Positions 13,545-28,518 of a stretch of 64,000 nucleotides of DNA are shown here, piece by piece. A model generated the notes under the pieces. It saw only the letters and a list, made by a program, of their open reading frames with translations, ran no database searches and had not been told where the DNA came from. Source of the stretch: Eledone cirrhosa (lineage: Eukaryota); NCBI GenBank assembly GCA_964016885.1, contig OZ024752.1, positions 47,616,001 through 47,680,000 on the forward strand, read 5' to 3'. The position numbers and the translations under genes are program-made. Numbering within the stretch: the first letter of the stretch is position 1; each line of letters begins with the position of its first letter.

Positions 13545-14025
13545 TATGTATGTACGCATACATACATACATGTATGTATGATGTATATGCATGTGTATGT
13601 ATGTATGAATGAATGTGTGTGTATGCATACATACATACATGTATATATTATGTATATACATGTGTATGTATGTATGTATGAATGTGTGTGTATGCATACA
13701 TACATACATGTATATATTATGTATATACATGTGTATGTATGTATGTATGAATGTGTGTGTATGCATACATACATACATGTATATATTATGTATATACATG
13801 TGTATGTATGTATGTATGAATGTGTGTGTATGCATACATACATACATGTATATATAATGTATATACATGTGTATGTATGTATGTATGAATGTGTGTGTAT
13901 GCATACATACATACATGTATATATTATGTATATACATGTGTATGTATGTATGTATGAATGTGTGTGTATGCATACATACATGTATGTATGTATAATCTAT
14001 ATGCATATGCATGTGTATGTATGTA
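13545..14025. repeat. 69-bp tandem repeat built from (TATG)/(TG) microsatellites
   Basis: GAATGTGTGTGT at 13611, 13680, 13749, 13818, 13887 and 13956. Confidence 0.92.
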
Positions 14026-16435
14026 TGCTTCAGTTAAAAATTCTGAGAAGATTATTGAACACAAATACAAGAGGCAGCTGAAGATGGCCAGTGGGCAGAT
14101 CAGTTAAAATGTGACAATAACAAGAAAGGTGAGGACACTAGTCTGAATAAATCAGTTTATAATAACAACAGCTACCATAGCATACAAAAAAAACATGTTA
14201 AAGAGTCAAAAGAAGGAGAGTGGAAGGGGGTGGTGGTGTAAACCAGAAAAATAAAATCATGAATGGAGTTTTGTGGACCAAAGTTTAGGTTAAATGAATG
14301 CTCTGATCATTTTTTCTACAAGGGCCATTTTACATTGCTCTCTCTCTTTCAAAAATCAAAGCACAAACACAGAACAAAAACAAAAAAAAAAAATTCTAAA
14401 AAAAAATAAAATAAAATAAAAATAAATATACATTATTAAAACAAGTGACGATAATTAGAAGATTCAATACAAGCATTCAATAGGCAGACAGGTTGTTACT
14501 GATATGGCTTATACATTTACTATTTAATTATTAAAAATTTCCTGAGAAAAATTAAAACTTCTGTTGTGAAAAGCAAAGCAAGTAAAGAAGAGGAAAGTGA
14601 GAAATATTTCTAAGAAAGTTCCAGAAAGAATTTAACATTATCTAAAGAAAAAAACAAAAAAAAACAAACAAACAAAACAACAACATCAAAAAAATACCCT
14701 AACAACAACAGCAGCAACAATAACAACAACAAAAATATGAATATTTGCTTTTGCTTTTGCTTGGCTGTAGAAAATTTTCTGACAAGAAATATATTATTTT
14801 CTTCTTCAAACTCTCTCCGATCATCATTCTTCTCAAAGAATATGTGAAATGATTCGGTTTTATCTTTTTTTTAAATTTTTGCTGCCATTGCTAAACTGAA
14901 CTTTGTCTTCTTGTTAAGATTTCACTTTTATCTCCTCTTTTAGGCCTTTGTAACTAACTTTACACAAGTCAAACTAAAGTGGTTGAGAAATTTCTATTGT
15001 TTGTCTGCTTATTTATTAATTTATTTATTTTAAAAAATTTTAAGGGGGGGGGGGGGGTATTAAAAAAAATTTTTAATTTAATTATTCAGTAATTCATTTA
15101 TTTATATATTTATTTTTAGTGAATAGAAAAGAATCAAAATGTTACATTTAGCAAAGTGTTTATTTCCATTTAAAGAATTCTTTGAAATGGAGTTTTCAAG
15201 ACAATAGTTTCTTAATTATCCCAGAATATCAGACTTTTACTTAAAATGGTTCGATTCCATAATTTCTTGAAATGAAAAAAAGAAGAAACAACAACAACAA
15301 CAATAATAATAATAATAATAATAAAAATAAGATGATGATGTTGATGAAAATTACGAAAAAGGAGGGGGTTTATGTTTAAAATGAAATTTTAAATAATAAT
15401 AATAATAAAGACAATCTGTTGCTTTATGTCAAATGAAATGGGAACATTCTGAAGAAGAAGAAGAAGACAAAAGGTTTTCAAAGAACATTCTAGAAAAGTC
15501 ACTTGGTTGATAATTAAAAGAACAAGAAAGACCATAAGAAGAACAACAGCTGAGCATATGACATATTTCCGATATAGAAATATGGAAAAGATGACACCAA
15601 AAAAGAAAGAGAGAAAAGCAGTAAAAGAAAAGAGAAAGAGAGAAGAAAAAAAAAAGATAGATCGATGGATAAATTCGAAAGAACTCAATACAGAAGACAG
15701 AAAGAAGAAAAGAATAAAAGAAAAAGAGGAAAACTGAGTGATTCTTAGATGTAAATGAAGTGAGAATGAGAAAGTGAGATGAGAGAAAGGAAAAAGTGTG
15801 AATAAGTGTGACAAAACAAGATGAAATAATATAATGAATACTATCAGATGATGATATTGAATTTGAAAGGAATTTTCTATATATTTCACATGAATCAAGA
15901 CTATTTTCTACTTTCCCATTTTCTTATGGTTTCATATCTATTTGGCAATGGAATAGTTTGTGGCCGTTTTTTTTGGGGGGGGGGGGAACAAGTTCAACAT
16001 GGATGTATGATGAAAAGATACAACCATGCTTTGTATTAATATATCATCATCACCGTTTTACATCCATTTGTCCATGCTAGCATGGGTTTGACGAGTTGTC
16101 CTGTTGTGGGCAATGCCAGATCAGGTGACCATGTCTTGCTCATACAGAACAGATTTTGGTTTCATTTCTACAGCTAGATAGATGCCCCTCCTAACACCAA
16201 ACATCATTTACAGTGAGTACTGGATGCTTTTTATTGTGGCACCTACACAACCAAATGTTGTTTGCTTGAAGCCTTGTATACAATATATAATGTGTATAGT
16301 GATATATGTAATAAGGCTAAACACTGGAAAATGGATGGTAAGATGAAGGTAACAAAAAGTTAGTTACCTGGTAATCTTTGTTTTGTTGTTTCTTTCTTTA
16401 GGTTGAAAGAAACAATCCCCCACCACCAAAACAAA

Positions 16436-16612
16436 TAATAATAATAATAATGAAATTATTGTATACAGTGCTCAGGTGCACTACAACTCATCAAAGGTGC
16501 ATGTATAGTACATAGGATAATGTACAAATGTCAGCAAAGTGAACAGTGTATGAGTCATGATATACATGTGTGCGTGTGTTTGGATGGGGGGATATCAGGT
16601 GTAGTGTTGGAA
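16436..16612 (-). mobile_element. LINE 3' end with (ATT)n tail (clade uncertain, possibly CR1/L2)
   Basis: Same sequence at 42600-42700 and, inverted, at ~12976-13035; all end in TTCATTATT-type tails. Confidence 0.55.
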
Positions 16613-16846
16613 AATGATCTGGTAGTTATGGCTAAACCTCTTGCTATTTGTTGCAGTTCTTTGTGTTCTGAGTTTAAATTCTGTTGTGGCCAGTTGATTG
16701 GTAGACTTAATTTGTTGCTCTTGCTTAACAAAATCTACCTGGTCCTTCAGTGATTTTAGCAGTGTCCGTTCTCTTGAAAACATTTGATGAGGGTAATTAT
16801 GATGATGAAATAAAGGATATTGGTTCGGTGAAAAAGAGTGAGAAGA

Positions 16847-16915
<69 letters not shown>

Positions 16916-16996
16916 GAGATTGTTATGCCTGTAGCTAGATTTGAACACAGGTCTTTTCCATCTTTAATACTAGCTTGTTAAAAACTTTTTACTTGA

Positions 16997-17040
16997 ATAT
17001 ACACACACACACACACACATATATATATTATATATACATA

Positions 17041-17099
<59 letters not shown>

Positions 17100-17101
17100 T
17101 A

Positions 17102-17184
<83 letters not shown>

Positions 17185-17256
17185 CACATTAAATGTGTGT
17201 AATATATATAGTTGATTACCTTTAAATATAATTATATTTGTCAGATAATGACTACT

Positions 17257-17303
<47 letters not shown>

Positions 17304-17824
17304 CATATTTATATATATGGGTATGTTGGGGAAGGGAACAATGTATATATATATACATGCATACATATACATAGATATATATATACACATATACACATAT
17401 ATACATATATATATATATATATATATGTATATTTATATTTAAATAAAATATTTTAGGTTTATGGTATAAATTCTAAGAACATACAACATACAGGAAATAA
17501 TACTCCCAGAGCCCAACAAAAATGAAGTGCTAATCAAAAATGGTTACTAAAATACCAAAAATAGTCTGGTCATGAAACAACAAACATCAAACATTATACA
17601 AACCCCTTCCCTTTCATCCAACACCAACTAGCATCACTCACCCCCTTTTCCTGCCTTCTATTGTAATATGTACTGTGCAAAATAGAATAATACGACTATA
17701 TAACAATATAATAAAAGTATAATATATGAATAACAATAACAACAACGATGGACAATGAGAATAAAATTTATAAAGATTCATATACATACATGTATATATA
17801 TATATATAAATATATATATATATG

Positions 17825-17862
<38 letters not shown>

Positions 17863-17871
17863 TATATACGT

Positions 17872-17915
<44 letters not shown>

Positions 17916-17920
17916 GTATG

Positions 17921-17958
<38 letters not shown>

Positions 17959-18129
17959 AATATATATATGTGTATATATATATATATAAATATATATATG
18001 TATATATATATATATATAAATATATATATGTGTATATATATAAATATATATACATGTATACATATATATAAATAAATATATATATGTGTATATATATATA
18101 AATATATATACATGTATACATATATATAA

Positions 18130-18180
<51 letters not shown>

Positions 18181-18314
18181 TATATACATGTATATATATA
18201 TATATAAATATATATATGTGTATATATATATATAAATATATATGTGTATATATATAAATATATATATGTGTATATATATGTGTATATATATATATATATA
18301 AATATATATATGCG

Positions 18315-18395
<81 letters not shown>

Positions 18396-18426
18396 GTATA
18401 TATATATATATATATATATATATACG

Positions 18427-18458
<32 letters not shown>

Positions 18459-18470
18459 TATATACATATA

Positions 18471-18539
<69 letters not shown>

Positions 18540-18888
18540 TGTTGAAAATAATTTTTTGTTTCAATTTTAATTCAATTTTTGTTTTACTTTATAATTATTA
18601 GTATTATATTTTTTGCAAAGCTAAACAATGGCTTAAAGAACAGTGAGATAAATAAATTTATATAGAAGGTGGAAAAAAAACCAACAATTAATAAGTATAA
18701 ATGAAATAAAATAAATATGATGACGATGATGCTCGTAAAATATTTTATGATGATGATGATTGTGATGAATGAAAGAAAAAAAAAAAATTAATTTTTTGAA
18801 ATATAATTGTAGACAGTTTCGGGCATTTGTAACAAAGGGAACCAAATGCTTATTGATAGAGTTATAACAGTAATAGTAATAAGGATGC

Positions 18889-18933
<45 letters not shown>

Positions 18934-19292
18934 CAATAACAATGGTATTAAGGAGAATGGTAATATTAAAATATATATTTAATTAGATTTTCTATGAGAA
19001 TTGATAAGTCTATTCAAATGTTAGATTTGTACACAATACTTAAAATAATATACATCATTGCTATTACAGGAAACATCCCGAATAACGTGTGAGCACACAC
19101 ACACAGACACAGACACACACATACACATACACATAGACACAGACACACACAGATACACACACACACATATGTAATTGATATGCCTCTATGATTGTGACTG
19201 TATTTTTATATGCATGTGTTTATATGGGTATCCATTTGTACATACATGCATAAATACATTGGTTATTCAAACATGCTTACAGTTGAATATAC

Positions 19293-19325
<33 letters not shown>

Positions 19326-19498
19326 TGTATGTATGTATGTATGTATGTATGTATGTATGTATATGAATCTCCACCCCATACAAACCACACACATTATGCA
19401 TATATATAGGTAGACATAATCACATGCATATATATATGTATATATATACATATATACATATATATATATGTATATATATACATATATATATATATATG

Positions 19499-19560
<62 letters not shown>

Positions 19561-19608
19561 CATATTTGTATGTATATATATATATATGTATGTATATATA
19601 TATGTATG

Positions 19609-19702
<94 letters not shown>

Positions 19703-19714
19703 CATATTTGTATG

Positions 19715-19747
<33 letters not shown>

Positions 19748-19759
19748 GTATGTATATAC

Positions 19760-19816
<57 letters not shown>

Positions 19817-20021
19817 TATATACATACACATACATACATATATATATATACATACATACACATACATATTTATATATACATACAATATATACACATATAT
19901 ATATATATAAATATACACACACACACATATATATACATATATATATATGTGTATATATAGAGAGAACTATGCATGTACACACACATCTATCTATCTATCT
20001 ATCTATCCATCCATACACACA

Positions 20022-20061
<40 letters not shown>

Positions 20062-20100
20062 AAGTTATATATAAACACACGTACATACATACACATATAG
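16997..20100. repeat. Cluster of long (TA)n-type microsatellites (16997-17430, 17778-18537, 19285-20100)
   Basis: Direct reading. Confidence 0.95.
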
Positions 20101-20839
20101 AATGAATGTGTTATTTAGCTGAAAAATGATGCTTTGTATTTTTCCTGTTCTTCATTGTTGAAAGTCCGGCTGTTCAGAGTTCACATTTCAATTGCAGCAC
20201 CATTTATTACTATTGTGTTAAAAAAAGATTTATTAATGGTGGTTGTAGCATTGGTTTAGGGTGGGGCATTGCAGTGGTTGACTATGGGAGGTTGATGTGC
20301 CTGGTTGTTAAATAGGTGAGGGTGAAAATAACCCCAGCCACTATCATATATTAAAGAAAAGTTTTGTTTCTGTTTTCTGTGTCTGTGTTTTGTTTTCCCT
20401 TCATAGATATAGGTTATTTTCGAGAGATGGATAGAGAAGTAGAGGGTGAAAGAAGAGATAGGGGTAGAGATGGAGAGAGATAGGGATAGAGAAGGTGAGA
20501 GAGGGATGTAGAGAGAGAGAGAGAGAGAGACAGTTAATTATATGGTGCCAGTACATGCAGAAATATTGATGCTAACCAAGCATAGAGAAGGGGACTTCCT
20601 TGTACTAAGTTTCCTGCTTAACAATCAACAAAAGCTGAACAATGGCTAAAAGAACAGTTAGATAAATAAATTTATAAAGAAAGACAAAAAAGTAATAAGT
20701 ATAAATAAAATATATATGATGATGATGATGATGACTGTGATTAAAGAAAAAAAAATCATTTTTTGAAATATAATTGTAGGCAGTTTCAGGCATTTACATA
20801 TGACAAATAAAACAATATGACATTTGTGTATCCCCCCCC

Positions 20840-20872
<33 letters not shown>

Positions 20873-20874
20873 CA

Positions 20875-20905
<31 letters not shown>

Positions 20906-20908
20906 TTT

Positions 20909-21201
20909 TCATTTTACGTCCGCTGTTTCCCTGCTTGCAAGGGTGGGACGGGAACTGATTCTGGCTTGATTTCTACAGCTGGATGCCCTTTCTAACACCA
21001 ACCTCATTTACAGTGAGTGCTGGGTGCTTTTTTGCCGTGGCACCTCCACGACCACTTTGCAGTGGAATGATAGGGACCCCAGTCCCTATCATCTCATTTC
21101 TACAGCTGAGTAAACTGGAGCAACGTGAAATAAAGTGTCTTGCTCAAGGAAACAACACATCACCCAGCCTGAGAATTGAACTCACAACCTTTCGATTGCA
21201 T
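20909..21201 (-). mobile_element. CORE-like SINE lacking its first ~30 nt
   Basis: Reverse complement of the 43278 copy. Confidence 0.88.
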
Positions 21202-21353
21202 ATATCTCTCGATTGTATATATCTGTGTTTATCTCTCTTGTATATTCAATTATAATATATGGCTTGGAAAAATCTCTTTTCTTGAGCTATTTTATTGTAA
21301 GAGACTATTTTGAGTTTCTAACTCAATATATACCTTTGATATATATATATATA

Positions 21354-21550
21354 GAAGGCATATGGTTTAGTGGTTAGAGCATTGGCCTTGCAATCGAAAG
21401 GTTGTGAGTTCAATTCTCAGACCGGGTGATGTGTTGTTTCCTTGAGCAAGACACTTTATTTCACGTTGCTCCAGTTTACTCAGCTGTAGAAATGAGTCGT
21501 GATGTCACTGGTGCCAAGCTATATTAGACATTGTCTTTCCCTTGGACATC
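21354..21550 (+). mobile_element. CORE-like SINE with an alternative 3' segment
   Basis: Head and CORE identical to the family, then diverges after GAAATGAG. Confidence 0.8.
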
Positions 21551-21605
21551 ATATATAGTGTATAATATATACTGTACAATGGGTATATATAATATATATA
21601 TAGTG

Positions 21606-21636
<31 letters not shown>

Positions 21637-21649
21637 GAAGGCGCCACCA

Positions 21650-22330
21650 TCACTACCACCACCACCACTACCTCTCACCTCCACCACCTACATCACAATA
21701 TCTCTACCTCTCACCACCACCAGCACAGTATCACCACCACCACCACACCACCACTACCTCTCACCACCACCACCACCACCACCACACCACCACTACTTCT
21801 CACCACCACCACCACACCACCACTACCTCTCACCTCCACCATCACAGTATCACCACCACCACCACACCACCACCACCATACCACCACCACCTACCACCAC
21901 CACCACTACTTCTCACCACCACCACCACACCACCACTACCTCTCACCTCCACCATCACCATCACACTATCTCTACTTCTCACCACCACCACCACACCACC
22001 ACCACCACCACCACACCACCACCACCTCCACCATCACCATCACACTATCTCTACTTCTCACCACCACCACCACACCACCACTACTTCTCACCACCACCAC
22101 CACACCACCACTACCTCTCACCTCCACCACCACCATCACCACCACCACCACCTCTCACCACCACCATCACAGTATCACCACCACCACCACACCACCACTA
22201 CCTCTCACCACCACCACCACCATCACACTATCTCTACCTCTCACCACCACCATCACAGTATCACCACCACCACCACCACCATCCTCACCACCACCACCAC
22301 CACCACCATCACTACCACCACCACCACTAC
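21650..22330. repeat. (CAC)n-rich degenerate repeat
   Basis: Direct reading. Confidence 0.9.
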
Positions 22331-22582
22331 TATTAGTATTGTTGCTATTGTAACCTATAACAATTATATATATGATATTACAGGTGTATATTTGACCAGC
22401 CATAAATAATGCCAGGTATTTTAACACCTCAACACAACAATAGAAACAACTATGGACCCTATTAATAATTATTTGCCCCCTTTCTCCACCATATTACATT
22501 TATTTGTGTATTTAAAAAAAAAACATTATTTCATTTTTATTATTTTCTCTCTTTCATTACACTTTGTTTATAAAGAAAATAC

Positions 22583-22783
22583 AATCTATACCCCTAACCC
22601 ACCCCTCTGTAATCTATACCCCTAACCCACCCCTCTGTAATCTATACCCCTAACCCACCCCTCTGTAATCTATACCCCTAACCCACCCCTCTGTAATCTA
22701 TACCCTTAACTCACCCCTCTGTAATCTATACCCTTAACCCACCCCTCTGTAATCTATACCTCTAACACACCCCTCTGTAATCT
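22583..22783. repeat. 28-bp minisatellite AATCTATACCCCTAACCCACCCCTCTGT x7
   Basis: Unit starts at 22583, 22611, ... 22751. Confidence 0.95.
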
Positions 22784-22886
22784 GTAATTTCAAGGTAATT
22801 TCAAAGGAAAAGCAAAGGAAAAAAGAGTGCTCTATGTATAGAACAGAGCTATTTAATTAGAAAGTGAAGAACATAAAATATAACTA

Positions 22887-22956
22887 CTCCATTACCAAAG
22901 GTTTCTGGATCACAGACGATAACAATATACGTCTGGATCGTTCATCAGACAGGAAG
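22887..22956 (-). ncRNA. Degenerate type I hammerhead motif
   Basis: Minus strand CTTCCTGT-CTGATGA-AC-GATCCAGACG..CGTCTGTGATC-CA-GAAACC-TTT-GGTA-ATGGAG; base of stem II mismatched. Confidence 0.55.
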
Positions 22957-23138
22957 TGTGGTAAGGAACCAGGTGGACCATAACGCACCAGAGTACTCGA
23001 TACTTGGGGTAGTAGAGTGGGTAATAGGAAAAGAGTGAGGACCCCGACGGCTGAGCTCCGGCCGTTACGACAGCTAGTTCTGAACTAGCTGTCAAAACGG
23101 CCGGAGCTCAGCCGTCGGGGTCCTCACTCTTTTCCTAT
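22887..23138 (-). mobile_element. Family C fold-back element with extended tail
   Basis: Near-perfect palindrome 23024-23138; tail runs further than in other copies and reaches a hammerhead-like motif. Confidence 0.75.
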
Positions 23139-23164
23139 CTATCTATCTAAATAATAATAATAAT

Positions 23165-23335
23165 AATAATAATTGTTTCTACTTTTGGCACAAGGCCAGC
23201 AATTATCCCAGTGTATTACTGGTACTTTATTTTATCGACCCCGTAAGGATGAAAGGCAAAGTTAATCTCGGCGAAATTTGAACTCAGACCATAAAGGGCC
23301 GTAACTCTGTGCTGCAAAGCATGGCATCAGACCCT
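23165..23335 (-). mobile_element. Meta-domain-like SINE
   Basis: Family consensus match with (ATT)n tail. Confidence 0.85.
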
Positions 23336-24159
23336 AATGGTGAAATTAAGGTTGAAAGCAAAAACATAAAAAAAACCCTCAGTTTTTAATAGCTTATTTC
23401 AGATTAAATGATTTGAAAAATAATACTACACACACACACACACCATAACACTGACACGCACTTGCAAATACATAAACATACATACACACACATAAACACC
23501 AATCTCTCTTACACATACACACACTATAACATATATACTTGCCAATACAGAAACACACACACATATACATACACACCACACATACACACATACATACATA
23601 CACACCACACACACTTAAACATATATACTTGCCAATACAGAAACACACACACACACACATATACATACACACCACACATACACACATACATACACACCAC
23701 ACACACTTAAACATATATACTTGCCAATACAGAAACACACACACATACATACACATATATACTTGCCAATACAGAAAGACACATACACATACACACACAA
23801 AGATACATATTTACCTGAACATCTGTCCTCACAAAGGTATATACACATACACAGACTCACATACATATACACACACAAATAAAACCAGAACCCCCCCCCC
23901 CATACAAAAACAACACAAAAACAAAACTAAAATAAACAATATATATAAATAAAATAAAAATATATTTTCAAAAACCCTCAAAGAAACCCTCAACAAACCA
24001 TCCCTGTAGCAATCCATTCAGATAGCCATCCATTTATGCATATATCTATCCCTCCCCCCTCCACATAGCTATCCATTGATCCCTCTATCTATACCCCCCC
24101 CCCCCTCTCCATATATGTTCATACACCCGTACGTCCACCTCTTACTAAAATAGTCTCAA

Positions 24160-24377
24160 ATATATATATATATATGTATGTATATATATATATGCATATA
24201 TATATATGTATATATATATATATATGTATATATATATGTATATATATATATATATGTATATATATAAATATATATATATACATATATATATATGCATATA
24301 TATATATGCATATATATATATGCATATATACATATATATATATATGCATATATACATATATATATATGCATATATAC

Positions 24378-24426
<49 letters not shown>

Positions 24427-24649
24427 TATATATATATGTATATATATATATGCATATATATATATATATACATATATATACATACATAAACATATATATA
24501 TACATACATACATATATATACATACATACATACATATATATATATATATACATACATATGTACATATACATATATATATACATACATATGTACATATACA
24601 TATATATATATACATACATATGTACATATATATATGTATATATGTACAC

Positions 24650-24694
<45 letters not shown>

Positions 24695-24725
24695 AATCAC
24701 TGGAGGCAATTTTACACAGTTATAT

Positions 24726-24759
<34 letters not shown>

Positions 24760-24770
24760 AAGAGAGAAAG
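24160..24770. repeat. (TA)n microsatellite
   Basis: Direct reading. Confidence 0.95.
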
Positions 24771-24842
24771 AGAGAAATAAGGAACAAGCGAAAAAAGAAA
24801 AGAAATGATAGAGAGAGAGCGAGAGAAAACAGGAGATAGATA

Positions 24843-24895
<53 letters not shown>

Positions 24896-25204
24896 TGATG
24901 TGGTGGAAGACATCTACCATTATTATCATTATCTCATTACTGTGATTATCAGTGTTCCGTCTATTTATCATAAAACTTGGCGATAATTAGAAGAGCTTTT
25001 AAAATATTCCAAACGAAGAATCTTTCTTTTTTCTAACTTTTCTAAATTACATAGTGAGATATTCTTCAAGTGAGGATATCCAGACATATCTATTTATTTT
25101 ATTTCAAATTATTATTATTATTTATTTATTTATTTATTTATTTAAAAAAAATCATTGTTCTTTTTGTTGCTGTTGTTGTTAATTCTATCATCATTTCATC
25201 ATCA

Positions 25205-25531
25205 TTTCATTTTACGTCCACTTTTCCCTGCTTGCAAGGGTGGGACGGGAACTGATTCTGGCTTGATTTCTACAGATGGATGCCCTTCCTAACACCAACC
25301 TCATTTACAGTGAGTGCTGGGTGCTTTTTTGCCGTGGCACCTCCACGACCACTTTGCAGTGGAATGATATGGACCCCAGTCCCTATCATCTCATTTTTAC
25401 AGCTGAGTAAACTGGAGCAATGTGAAATAAAGTGTCTTGCTCAAGGAAACAACACATCACCCGGTCTGAGAATTGAACTCACAATCTCTCGATTGCAAGG
25501 CCAATGCTCTAACCACTGAGCCATGTGCCTC
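25205..25531 (-). mobile_element. CORE-like SINE, full length
   Basis: Reverse complement of family consensus. Confidence 0.9.
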
Positions 25532-25649
25532 TATGCATGTGTGTATTTTTTTTTGTAGTTCCAGTAGTAGTTGTTGTTATTTATATGTTTGTAGTCAGAG
25601 CACAACTGACTTTGGGGAGAAAGAGAGAGAGAAAATCGACCTCAGTATT

Positions 25650-26215
25650 TTACTGGTACGTTATTTATCAACATTGAAAGGATGAAAGGCAAAGTTGTGC
25701 TCAGCAAAATTTAAACTCGGATCACAGTGAGCCAAGTTATTTATCAACCTTGAAAGGATTAAAGACTAAGCTGAGCTCAGCAAGATTTGAACTCAGATCA
25801 CAGGGAGCCAACAATATTTATCAACCTTGAAAGGATTAAAGACTAAGCTGAGCTCAGCAAGATTTGAACTCAGATCACAGGGAGCCAACAATATTTATCA
25901 ACCTTGAAAGGATTAAAGACTAAGCTGAGCTCAGCAAGATTTGAACTCAGATCACAGGGAGCCAACAATATTTATCAACCTTGAAAGGATTAAAGACTAA
26001 GCTGAGCTCAGCAAGATTTGAACGCAGATCAAAGGGAGCCAACAATATTTATCAACCTTGAAAGGATTAAAGACTAAGCTGAGCTCAGCAAGATTTGAAC
26101 TCAGATCACAGGGAGCCAACAATATTTATCAACATTGAAAGGTTGAAAGGCAAAGTTGACCTCAACAAGATTTGATCTCAGATCAGTGAGCCAATACAAA
26201 TACTGTGGTATTTTA
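25650..26215 (-). repeat. 77-bp tandem array (~7 units) derived from the B-box/Meta segment of a SINE
   Basis: TTATCAAC at 25665, 25741, 25818, 25895, 25972, 26049 and 26126; each unit carries ATTTGAACTC-like sequence (reverse B box). Confidence 0.88.
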
Positions 26216-27649
26216 AATCAGATTTTTAATCCAATTCACAATCTTAGTCATAGTACTAGTTATGTTATTTGTATATTCATTTTTGTAGTAGTAGTAGTAG
26301 TAGTGGTGGTAGGGGCAGTAGTGGTGGCAGAAGTAGTGGTAGCTTTTGTTGTAAAGATTTATTCTCCCTATTTTTTCTAGTGTTGTAGCTATGATAAAAT
26401 ACACCGAAGACACTCTGTAAAGTGGTAGTCTTGGTGCCATGATAAAATGCACCTTTCACACTCTGTAAGGTGGTTGACTTTAGAAAGGGCATTCAGCCAT
26501 AGAAACCATGCTTTCCTTATGATTTCTTTTGAATGACATAGTTTTAGTCCTGTAGAAGCCATTTCTATATTAAATTTGATTTTTACACTCGACTAATGTA
26601 TTAAGTTTACTTACTTGTGGTTACCCCCGATTGAACCTAGGACTCTCTCTCACACACACCCATCCACACACACACATATATATATATGAAAAAACATTCC
26701 CTCCACCCTGAAAAGAGAAAGTGCAGGAGTCAAATAAAATGTTCCTAGTACATGCTGTAAAGTGGTCAGTGTTAGGAATGGCATCCAGGTATAGAAAAGT
26801 GAACCAAAAATGGAACATACAAGCAGGATGTAGTCACCTGACTACAGTCTAACCTCAGTACGTGACAGCTCATCTAACCCATGCATAAATGGGAAATACA
26901 AGTTAAATGATAATGATTTTAATAATAATGATGATGATGTTATATGGAATGAAAACCATTTTTCTTAAGTTGAAGCAATGAAACTGGTATATTTTGAAAG
27001 TTTTGAAAAAAAACAAAACCAAAAAAGAAACACACACACACATACACACACACCAAAAAACATTCTATTTTCTACACACACACACAAAAAAAATATTATA
27101 TAAAAAATAAAAAAAGCACATAAGATGAATTGTGGTTTGAAATTAGCCTCTAAAACACAAGGGATGTTTGGGGTTTATTAAATAATTTTTTGTCTTAAAT
27201 TCCACTGTATTCTTCACAATGTATTCTCACCTTTATTTTACTCAATACCGCTTTTGAAAATTTTATTTTGCATATTTTAATTTTTATTTATTTATATATA
27301 TATTTTTTTCTTTCTGCTATAATCTTTCATTTTTGATGTTTTCTTTTCATCTTTTTTCTCATTTTTTTTTTCTATTTTATTTCATACAAAATTTTCACTT
27401 TTTTTTTTTTTTTTCTAAAAAATTCTTGGAGACAAAAGAATATATTTTTTATTTTTTGTGTGTGTGTTTGGTTTGTCTTCCTTCATTCTGACTTAGTCTG
27501 ATATTTATTTTTTTTTTCATACACCCCCTTTCCTTTTTAACTTTTATTCATAGAGAATATGTTTTAAAAAAACAACAACAAAAATGCAAAGCATAAAAAT
27601 ATACATCATAAATGGAAAAAAAAATGTGCATATAACTTAGCTGTTGCAA

Positions 27650-27684
<35 letters not shown>

Positions 27685-28035
27685 TGATAATGATAATGAG
27701 GGTGGTGATGTTGATAACGGCATAAACATCCACACAATAATTAAAAAAAATAATAAGTGAATTCAACAAAGTTGTCCTGTTATCATTTGAATTGTGTATT
27801 TTATTCTATCACACTTTTACACACACACACACACAGACACACACATATCTACATATATAATATATATATATATACACACAAATATATATATACATATATA
27901 TATATATTTACACACATATACATATAACATAAATATATACACACACATATATAACTATATGCATATTTTATATATGTGTATATATGAGTGCGTATGCATA
28001 TGTATATATGTATATAAGTACTTACACACACACAC

Positions 28036-28081
<46 letters not shown>

Positions 28082-28179
28082 TGCACAAAAACATATATAA
28101 ATTCAGTGTCATACTTATGGACAAAAAACAATACTCACAGACAGAAATACTCTGATATAATGAAACACACACATGTGAG

Positions 28180-28251
<72 letters not shown>

Positions 28252-28357
28252 TGTGTGTGCAATCATATATATGTTACACATGTGACTATAATATCATTTT
28301 AAAAAATTCCATTTGATATTACAATTGCACACTTTACATATACTAAGTTGCACAAGC

Positions 28358-28403
<46 letters not shown>

Positions 28404-28405
28404 AC

Positions 28406-28448
<43 letters not shown>

Positions 28449-28477
28449 TACACATATATACACACACACGCACACAC

Positions 28478-28518
<41 letters not shown>

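Noticed and set aside
14400-15950. Host exon or promoter in long non-repeat AT-rich stretches (also 28700-29950, 44400-45400, 53450-53750)
   Set aside because: No credible reading frame or splice-bounded exon found by eye; small exons cannot be excluded without RNA-seq
20983-21255. Recurrent MPFLTPTSFTVSAGC ORF (also 25280, 32627, 43291) as a gene family
   Set aside because: Antisense reading of the CORE-like SINE
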